A DNA stretch of 64,000 nucleotides. Origin: the human T2T-CHM13v2.0 reference genome, Homo sapiens. The notes beneath the pieces are model-generated. The model was not told where the DNA came from. It worked only from the letters and a program-made list of their open reading frames with translations, and did no database searches. The DNA is taken from assembly GCF_009914755.1 (NCBI RefSeq), contig NC_060935.1; one strand, given 5' to 3'. A program made the position numbers and the translations under genes. Position 1 is the stretch's first letter. Each line of letters starts with the position of its first letter. This document shows positions 54,101 through 64,000 of the stretch, in pieces.

Positions 54101-56159
54101 GATCCTACTACCTAAGGGAGTTGTTGAAGTGAACAGGCTTTGTAAGTGTCAAAAGGTTATGTCTTACTAATTGATACAATTCTCTCCTATTCCCCTCTCC
54201 TGCCACTCAGCACACCCCAGGACTCTGCAGAGTGTGTCTTCCATTGTAAGTATGCAGGGAAGATCTATGAGTTGAGTTCTTGGTTCCCTTGCTAAAAGCC
54301 AGGAGGAAAGAAAAGGAAGGAAGTAGAGTAATAATTCTTTTTGGTTATTGTCAGTTTACATCATGTTTCACTCTAAGATAAACATGATGAAGTATAACAC
54401 ACAACTTTATATAAAAGCCTGTTTTAGAAAAAATAATCCCAGAATTTCCTAATTTCTGGTAAGGAATATTTGACCAGGGCTTCAGGAATGTACTCTGTTT
54501 CACAGCCTGGGCCATAGGCACCAAATGGAGGCTACTACTGGTTCCTAGCTTTCCCCACATCCGTTAATCCTCAGAATGTGTCCCTGATAGGATACCTGGG
54601 CTGCACAGGCATAGCTCATCCCACATTTTATCTGACTGTTATCTCCTCCTGCTAATGCTCCTGTTCCCTGAAATCTCTTCAAGAACACCTGAAGGGCAGG
54701 CTTTCTGCACAGCACCAACACTTCTGCAGCTTGGAGCTTGGATGTAAATGCCAAATCCAAAGCAAGCTACCTTTAAAGAAATATTTTCCTATTTGAAAAC
54801 TCACCCCTCCCATGAAGGAAATTAATTGCACTTGATAATTCTCTTAAAATGAATAATGGAGTAGGTGTAGCCTTAAAAACGTGCTGTTGGCATTTTTGTT
54901 TGTTTTTCTAAGTGCATTTAATTAAATTCTGGTGATTCCAGTGGGCTGTCTGTGGAACAGAGTTATTACTTCCCCCTGAATGTCTCCCTGATTTACCAGG
55001 CAGAGTTAGGAGCTTCTTCCTTTTTCTCTGGCCACCCCCCACAATGCTATGTGTTCCCTCCCATCATAAGACTCATCCTGTTATTATTATTAATCTACTT
55101 CTCTGCTTCCTGAACTAAATGTCAGTGCCTTGAGGATAAGAACTATGATTTTTTTTTTGTCATTAATTAGGGCTCACTACCTGCTAATTGAATCTTCCTA
55201 CCTTGACTTCCCCTTGTAGTGGGTCCCTGGCATTTTCTGAACACAGATGGCTATGGAGGTCCTTTGTATACTTCCTTGGAAGCTCAGCTGTGCCCAGGTA
55301 GACCATCCCTAGTGTAGGCACATTTTATCCTGCCACCACAAATCTAGATCATGCCTGCTTATCCCTTCTGGCCTGGATAACAGTGGCCTTGACATGTTGG
55401 ATGCAGCCCTTTGAAGAGAGGACAGTTTCCACCCATGGCAATGAAGGCAGATGAGCTGATTTTCCTTGTGAGTTCAGGCTTTTTGGTGTTGGCATGCCCC
55501 CTTGAGAATGGGCTCATCAGGATTCCCCTGGAAGGAGAGGTCTCGCCTATCACCCAACTAGTTGTTAATGCTGGGGCTCACCTTGGGGTTAAGGATGTCT
55601 TACTCTCAGAAGGCCTTGACAGACTCAACAGTAAGGCTTTCCAGGGAAAAGATTCCAAGACTTTGGCTGTGGGCTGCTCTTGGTCAGCCTGACTTCAGAA
55701 AGAAACGGCATTGAGCCGAGATGGTGATGAATGGCTCTTGAAAACATAGGAAATTGGGTTTTGTGACAAGTCATCTATTTTCTCCCCTCCCTCCCTCCCC
55801 ATAGCCACAAATAAATAAATAAATAAATACATAAACAAACACCACTCGATATTTCAACCAATTGAAGAAGCAGCAAAAAATCCAATTGCAATGTAGGAAA
55901 AGATACCTACCTGTGATGTGCATGGCTCTTCCCCAATAGAAATGCTAGGCAGAGAAAGGTGGGTATTGATTTCTGATAAACTGCAACTCTGGGCAGTTGT
56001 TCAGGTGAAGATATTTGGTCTCCCAAAGTGTCTCAGGCAGTGGCCATCCCTGGATGTAGACTTCTGTTTCAGAGGGCAGAACCTCATTCAAAGACCTGGT
56101 CTTATCTCCACTGTTATCCTGCAGGCCAGGTCACCACCATCTGCCTCCTGGGCCATGGA

Positions 56160-56670
56160 ATTTTTCTTTTCATAGATCTCTCACTTCTGCTTGTGATCCT
56201 CCAACCCATCATTCACATGACAGACAGAATGATCTTTTCAAAAATAAATTAGATCACATCACATGCAGCCACACATCCCTTTTTTCTGCTACTCGATGAC
56301 GCCAATCTGTTTCTCACACAAGAGCTTTTTGCATATTTTCTTCCTTCCCCTCTCTCTTCACTGAGCTAACTTCTATGCCTCCTTCAGGCCTCAACCCAGA
56401 GATTATTTCTATACAGAGGTCACCCTCTGCCTTTCCTACCTAAAATTTGTCTTTTCCATTATTTACCCTCATAGTACCCTATGCTTTTCCTTCATGGCAT
56501 GCATTAGCATTTGTAATTATAGAATTATTTGTTTACTGTTTGTTCTTTTTCATACTGTAAGCTCCATGAGGGCAGGGGAATAGTCTGTTTGGTTAATCAT
56601 TGTGTATCTAATGTCTAGTACCATGTCTACTACATAGTAGGTGCTCATTAAATATTTGTTGAATGAAAGA
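56160..56670 (+). mobile_element. L2 3' fragment
   Basis: actgtaagctccatgagggcagg ... catagtaggtgctcattaaatatttgttgaatgaa. Confidence 0.75.
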
Positions 56671-56940
56671 ATATGCTGTGAGTTACTTTCCATGTAATAG
56701 CTCAAATGAGCAGGGGCTAAAGCTTAGAAACTTCAGATAAAAGAATTAGGAAAGGTCCTTAATACATGATTATTTTTATCTGCTGTGTTACATAAGGGTC
56801 AAGGACTGGGACTAAGACTTAAGTTCTCTCTACCTTGGTGTTTAGACATAAAGAAATTTGCTTTATAGACAAGAATGGTTTCCATAGAGGCCAAATCAGG
56901 AGAGACAATAGGGTTCCTGAGGAATAAATCGTCCTGTGAT

Positions 56941-57152
56941 AGGATTTCTGAGCATTAGCATTATTGATATTTTGGTCTAGACAATTCTTTGATACAGGAG
57001 GATGTCTTGTGCATTATGAGTTTAGCAGTAACCCTGGCCTCTACCCACTAAATTCCGGTAGCACTGTCCTTAGTTGAGAGAACCAAAAAATGTCTCCAGA
57101 CAAGGCCAAATGTACCCTGGAGAGCAAACGTTTCCCCAGTTGAGAACTACTG
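56941..57152. mobile_element. MER20 hAT-Charlie MITE
   Basis: ccctggcctctacccacta..aaccaaaaaatgtctccagaca..ccagttgagaactactg. Confidence 0.8.
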
Positions 57153-57767
57153 CCCTAAGAGAAGAAGGGACACAGCAGATTCCAGGACACTTCTCAATGC
57201 TGGAAAGAAGAGCTGGTTCTGGGTGGATGGAGGTAGCTAATGTCAGCATTTATCCTATTCCTACCACCCTGTGGGCTTGTTTGAATCCTAGAAGGTAGGC
57301 ATTAGGTCACTAATGATTATGATGCTTTGGGTTCAAACAATTTTGCTTTGGGAACTCTCTCTGCCAGCTAATCATAACATTGCAGGAGCTATTTCCTCCA
57401 GGCATTAAGGGGCAGTGGTATTGTCTTATATCAGTCATGGCATTCTGGACACAGATTCAGTGCTGTCAAAGACCCTTTGTTGAACTGTCAGGATCTTGGG
57501 TTAGTGCTGGCTGCAGAATGGGGTGGTGATCTTCACTGATACTGAGATAAGAGTATAAAGTATTCCCAGGAATTCTCCATAAATATTTTGGAAGGAGGAT
57601 TTTTATAAAATGGGTATACTACCCAAAGCAATCTACGAATTCAGTTCAATCCTTATCAATATATCAATGTCATTGTTCACGGAAAAAAAAAAAATTCTAA
57701 AATTTGTATGGAACCAAAAAAGAGCCTGAATATCCAAAGCAATCCTATGCAAAAAGAATAAAGCTGG

Positions 57768-60611
57768 GTCAGAGGACAAGATGGCTGAACAGATGCAGCC
57801 AGGTGAAACAGCTACCACCGAGGGACTAAGTTGACTGGTGTGCTTTTAACAGATCTTCAGAGGGAATGTGCCAGGAGTGAATGGAGGGAAGACACAGAAG
57901 CTTGGCTGAAGAGAGTCTCCCAAGACTGAGCCAGGAAGAAATTGAATCCCTGAACAGACCAATAACGAGCTCTGAAATTGAGTCAGTAATGAATAACCTA
58001 CCAACCAAAACAAGCCCAGGACCAGATGGATTCACAGCTGAATTCTACCAGATATAAAAGGAAGAGCTAGTACCACTCCTGCTGAAACTGTTCCAAAAAA
58101 TTGAGAAGGGTGTCAACCCTAACTCATTCTGTGAGGCCAGAATCATCAGATACCAAAACCTGGCAGAGATACAACAACAACAAAGAACTTCATGCCAACA
58201 TCCTCAATGAACATAGATGCAAAAATTCTCAACAAAATACTAGCAGACCAAACCCAGCAGCATATTAAAAAGCTTATTTACCATGTTCAAGTAGGCTTTG
58301 GGATGCAAGGTTGGTTAACGTATGCAAATCAATAAATGTGATTCAACACATAAACAGAAGTAAAGACAAAAACCACATGATAATTTCAATAGATGCAGAA
58401 AAGTCTTTTGATAAAATTTATCACCACTTTATGTTAAAAACTCTCAATAAACTAGGTATTGAAGGAACATACCTAAAGTAATAAGAGCATCTATGACAAA
58501 CCCACAGCCAATATTATACTGAATGGGAAAAAGGTGAAAGCATTCCCCTTGAAAACTGGCAAAAGACAAAGATGCCCTCTCCCACCACTCCTATTCAACT
58601 TAGTATTAAAAGTTTTGGCCAGGGCAATCAGGCAAGAGAAAGAAATAAAGTGCATCCAAATAGGAAGAGAGGAAATAAAAGTATTTCTATTTGCAGGCAA
58701 CATAATTCTGTATCTAGAAAACCCTATAGTTTTGGCCTAAAAGCTCCTTCAGCTAATAAATAACTTCAGTAAAGTCTCAGCATACAAAATCAATGAACAA
58801 AAATTTCTAACATTCCTATACACCAACAACAGTCAAGCTTAGAGCCAAATTGGGAATGCAATCCATTCACAAATACCACTAAAAGAACAAAATAGTTAGG
58901 AATACAGATAACCAGGGAGGTGAAAGATCTCTACAAACAGAACTACAAAACATTGCTCAAAGAAGTCGGAGATGACACAAACAAACGGAAAAACATTCCA
59001 TGCTCATGGATAAGAAGAATCAATATCATAAAAATGGCCATACCACCCAAAGCAATATAGATTCAATGTTATTCCTATTAAACAACCATTGAGATTCTTC
59101 ACAGAACTAGAAAAAGCTGTTTTAAAATCCATATGGAACCGAAGCAGAGCCCAAATAGCCAAGGCATGCTTAAGCAAAAAGAAATAAGCTGGAGGCATCA
59201 CGTTACCCAACTTGAAACTATACTACAGGGCTACAGTGACCAAAACAGCATGGTGTTGGTACAAAAACAGACATGTAGAACAATGGAACATAATAGAGAA
59301 CCCAGAAGTAAGGCCACACATCTCCAACTATCTGATCTTCGACAAACCTGACAAAAACAAGCAATGGGGAAAGGATTCTCTATTTAATAAATGGTGCTGG
59401 GATAACTAGCTAGCACTATGCAAAAGACTGAAACTGAACCCCTTCCTTACACCATATATAAAAATTAACTCAAGATGGATAAAAGACTTAAATGTAAAGC
59501 TCAAAACTATAAAAACTCTGGAAGACAACCTAGGCAATACCATTCAGGATGTAGGCACAGGCAAAGATTTTATGATGTAGATGCCAAAGCAATTTCAAGA
59601 AAAGCAAAAATTGACAAATGGGATCTAATTAAACTTAAGAACTTCTGTACAGCAAATGAAACTATCAACAAAGTAAACCAACAACATACAGAATGGGAGA
59701 AAATTTTTGCAAACTATGCATCCCACAAAGGTCTAATATCCAGTATCTATAAGGAACTTAAAGTTATGAGAAACCAAACAACTCCATTAAAAACTGGGCC
59801 AAGGACATTAACAGACACTTTTCAAAAGAAGACATGTATGTGGCCAGCAATCATATGAAAAAAAACTCAACACCATTGCTTATTAAAGAAATGCAAATCA
59901 AACCACAACAAGATACCATCTCACACCAGTCAGAATGGCTATTGGAAAAAGTCAAAAAATGACAGATGCTAGAAAGGTTGTGGAGAAAATGGAACACTTA
60001 TATGGTGTTGGTGGGAGTGTAAATTAGTTCAACCATTTGGAAGACAGTGTGGCAATTCCTCAAAGACCTAAAAACAGAAATACCATTTGACACAGCAACC
60101 CCATTACTGGATTTATACCCAGTGGAATATAAATTGCTCCATTATAAAGACATATCCATGTGTGTGTTCATTGCAGCACTATTCGCAATGGCAAAGGCAT
60201 GAAGTCAACCTAAATGCCCATCAATGATAGACTAGACATGTGGTACATATACACCATGGAATACTATGCAGCCATACAAAGGAATGAGATCATGCCCTTT
60301 GCAGGGACATGGATAGAGCTGGAGGCCATTATCCTTAGCAAACTAATGCAGGAACAGAAAACCAAATACCCCGTGTTCTTACTTACAACGGTGAGCTAGA
60401 TGATGAGAACATGTGGACACATAGAGGAGAACAACAGACACTGGAGCCTATCAACAGGTGGCAGGGGGTGGGGAGGAGGGAGAGAACATGAAAATAACCA
60501 ACGGATACTAGGCTTAATACCTGGATGATGAAACAATTTGTACAACAAACCCCCATGACACAAGTTTACCTATATAACAAATCTACACATGTACCCCTGA
60601 ACATAAAAATT
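57768..60611 (+). mobile_element. L1PA12/13-like LINE-1: first ~145 bp of 5'UTR joined directly to mid-ORF2, then RT region and 3'UTR
   Basis: caagatggctg start; junction at ~57915 into ctcccaagactgagccaggaagaa; degenerate TSD aaaagaataaagctgg / aaaaaattaagctagg. Confidence 0.85.
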
Positions 60612-61184
60612 AAAAAAATTAAGCTAGGGGCATCACATTACATTGACTTCAAAATATATTGCAAGGCTGTAGTAACCAAAACAGCACAATATTGGTATAA
60701 AAATGGACACACAGACCAATGGAACAGAATAGAGAACCCAGAAATAAATCCACCCAGAAATAAAGCCAAGTGATTTTTGACCAAATTGTCAAGAACATAC
60801 ACTGGGGAAAGGACACCTGCTTCAATAAATGATGCTGGGAAAACTGGATATCTATATGCAAAAGAATAAAACTAAGCTCCTATCTCTCATCATATAAAAA
60901 TGAACTCATATAAATTAATGACTAAGACTTCAAAAGCACAGGCAACAAAAATACACAAATGGGACTATATTAAACTAAAAACTTCTGCTGAGCAAAGGAA
61001 ACAATCAAGAGTGAAGAGACAACCTGTTTAATGGGAAAAATACTGCAAACTATTCATCTGACAAGGTACTAATACTGAAAATATACAAGGAAGTCAACTC
61101 AGCAGTAAAATACCAAATAATCCCATTAAAAAGTGAGCAAAGGACATGAGTAGACATTTCTCGAAAGAATATATACAAATGGCT

Positions 61185-61504
<320 letters not shown>

Positions 61505-63050
61505 CTAATGGGTATATGGAAAAAACCACAATATTGTTAATTATCATGGAATTGCAAATCAAAACCACAATGAGATATCATCTTACTCCAGTTAGAATGG
61601 TTGTTATTAAAAAGAAAAAATAACAGATGCTGGTGAGAACATGGAGAAAAGGGAACTCTTGTATTACACTGTTGGTGGGAATGTAAATTAGTATAGTCAC
61701 TATGGAAAAATTAGTATAGTCACCACAAAACTAAAAATAGAACTACATATGATCCAGCAATCCCACTACTGAGCATCCAATGGAAGGAAAGAAAGTATAT
61801 CAAAGGGACGCCTGCACTTGCATGTCTATCACTGCACTATTCACAATAGCCAAGGTATGGAATCAAACTGTGTGTCCATCAATGAAGGAATGGATAAAGA
61901 AAATGTGGTATATACACAGTGGAATACTACTCAGCCATGTAAACAAGATTAAAACCCTGTCATTTAGATAAATATGGATGAAACTGAAGGTCATTATATT
62001 AAGTGACATAAGCCAGGCACAGAAAGACAAGCATAGCACGTTCTCATTCATATATGGGAGCTAAAATAGTTGATCTCATGGAGGTAAATAGTAGAACGAT
62101 AATTACCAGAGGGCTGGAAAGGGTGTGTGTGTGGAGGGGCTAAGGGGTGGGGGTAAGAGAATAAAGAGAGGTTAGTTAATAAGTACAAACATACAGTTAA
62201 ATAGAAGGAATAAGTCCTAATATTCAATAGTAGAGTAGGGTAACTATAGTATTTTCAAAACAGCTAGAAGAGAGAACTTGAAATGTTTCCAACACATAGA
62301 AATTATAAATACTAAGGTGATGTATACCCTAAATACCTTGACTTGATCATTAACATTCTATGCATTTAACAATGTCATATGCACCTCACAAAAATGTACA
62401 AACATTATTATTACTAAAAAATTTTAAAAAACTACAATATGCAAATCTTTTTAAAAAGTGTTTGCCTTTGTGTCACCATGCCAGAAGCAGAACTTGCCCA
62501 CCAGTAGGAATTTCTAATAAAGTTAATGAGACTATGTTGCAGCTCACAGACTGTTAAAGCCTAAGATGCTAACATTTCCTCCATGCTTTTAAATTTACAA
62601 AGCCTTCTTATCCACTTGGTGTCATTTAGTCTTTACAAAAATTCTGCAAAGTGGCATCAGTATTGTTATCAGTCCCTTTTTTATAGTTAAACCAACCACC
62701 CAGAGCACCATCATCTGGACTAGAACCAGGTTCCAGGGCTCCAATGCAAACCATGATGCTTCCTTTTAAGAAAATTCTTTATCATCTTCTGCCCCATTAG
62801 AGGGAAGTTTTATACATTCATCTGAGGTTGAACAATAGAAACATGGACTCATGTTTTTGCTAGCTCTTTTTCCAACTAATGGACAGAGAAAAGTAAGACA
62901 ATGTGTGCCCATGTTTGTACATTACTATATTTTCGGTGTTCAGTTCTTTATGTATATGTTCAGGACATTGAACAAATGAATTAATGAATAAATATTATAT
63001 GTGCTGAGCTGCTACTGGTCCATCCTAGTGGTGGCTTGTGGCCATAGTGC

Positions 63051-63142
63051 AGGGCAACCAACTGTCCTGTTTTGCCCGAGACAGATGGCTTTTCAGGGAA
63101 TTGGGACTGTCAGTACTTGCCCTGGTATGAGTTGGTTGTCTG
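63051..63142. mobile_element. MER94-like hAT-Blackjack MITE
   Basis: agggcaaccaactgtcctgttttgccc ... atgagttggttgtct degenerate inverted ends. Confidence 0.5.
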
Positions 63143-64000
63143 ACCATAATGATCCTTTTCATGTGGCTGCCTAACCTTCCTTTTAGCTTGCAGTCTAGTT
63201 GGTAACTGATATTAGCATTGAAATATCCAATGCCAATAACAGGAGAAAGTGATGTGTTTCAGAAAAAAGTAGTTGTAATTATTGGATTGGAGATGGGGCA
63301 GGGGAGGCAAGAAGGGCAGCCAGCTAGCCTAGGATGCCTGGGTTAACTTCTGAACACTTGTTTTTTCCTCTTCTCTAAGCCTGGCTAATCCTACTTATCT
63401 TTTTATCCTGGATTAAATGTTTCTTTCCCTGGGAAACCTTCCCTGAACTCCTTAAGACTAGATTAGGCTCTCTGTTTGGTGTTCCTCTACTCTGCCTTTC
63501 AGACACCCTTCATATTTGTATTTATTGATTTGATGTCTATTCTTTGGGCTGTACACTCCAAAAAATAAAGTTGGAATTGTCTTATTCACTGCCATAGCTC
63601 TGATGGAAGCATACTGCCAGGTATATAGTAGATACTAAGTAAAAATCTATTGAATAGATTTTTTTTAACTGACTCCCGCTTCTGTAAAAGGGTAGTGTTA
63701 CAACGGAAGACTTATTCAGAGAGCAAGTGTTGTACCTGGACATATGAGATATGCTTTTAGCACAGGTAGCTAGGAGCTCAGATGTGGAAAAGACTAGATG
63801 CACAAAGTGGGTAGTCCTTTCAATTAACCAAACAAAATGAAGAAGCTAAGTTGTACTAAAACTTGGAAATTAATTGACAAATATTTATTTTGCATTATCC
63901 CTTCATACTTTCATGTATTAATTCAACCAGTATGTGTTGAAGTCTTTCTCCATGCCAAGCCATGGTCAAGAGATTGGAGACACAAAGATAAACATATGGT

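Noticed and set aside
55411-55692. 93-aa ORF in unique sequence
   Set aside because: Non-ATG start, no recognisable homology and no clear splice boundaries.

Overview
Repeat-dense primate (probably human or other catarrhine: AluY-, AluS- and AluJ-like elements and L1PA6 are present) intergenic or intronic DNA. I can recognise no cellular protein-coding gene. Every ORF I can assign derives from a transposable element. Main contents: (1) a 3'-truncated class III provirus of the HERV-S/HERVL18 (LTR18) type at 4557-8138, with a tRNA-Ser(CGA) PBS and decayed gag, pro and pol; (2) a nested stack at about 26.7-41.9 kb, where an old antisense L1MC-like element hosts MLT1B/MSTD, an L1PA16/17-like element (itself containing MSTA+Alu and an internally deleted L1PA6+AluY), a full-length Tigger1 and MER82; (3) a second nest at 57.6-62.4 kb (L1MA4-like host, internally deleted L1PA13-like insert, AluY); (4) many solo LTRs, MITEs, L2/MIR relics and microsatellites. 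The most unusual signals are local templated insertions: a ~173-bp copy of flanking DNA placed inside the ERV LTR, and a 32-bp copy with a fold-back junction placed inside a MER58. Also notable is an L1PA6 whose internal deletion breakpoint matches the position in the host L1 next to its own insertion site. Repeat family names come from remembered consensus sequences, not a database search, so subfamily calls are tentative. I found no convincing novel gene system.
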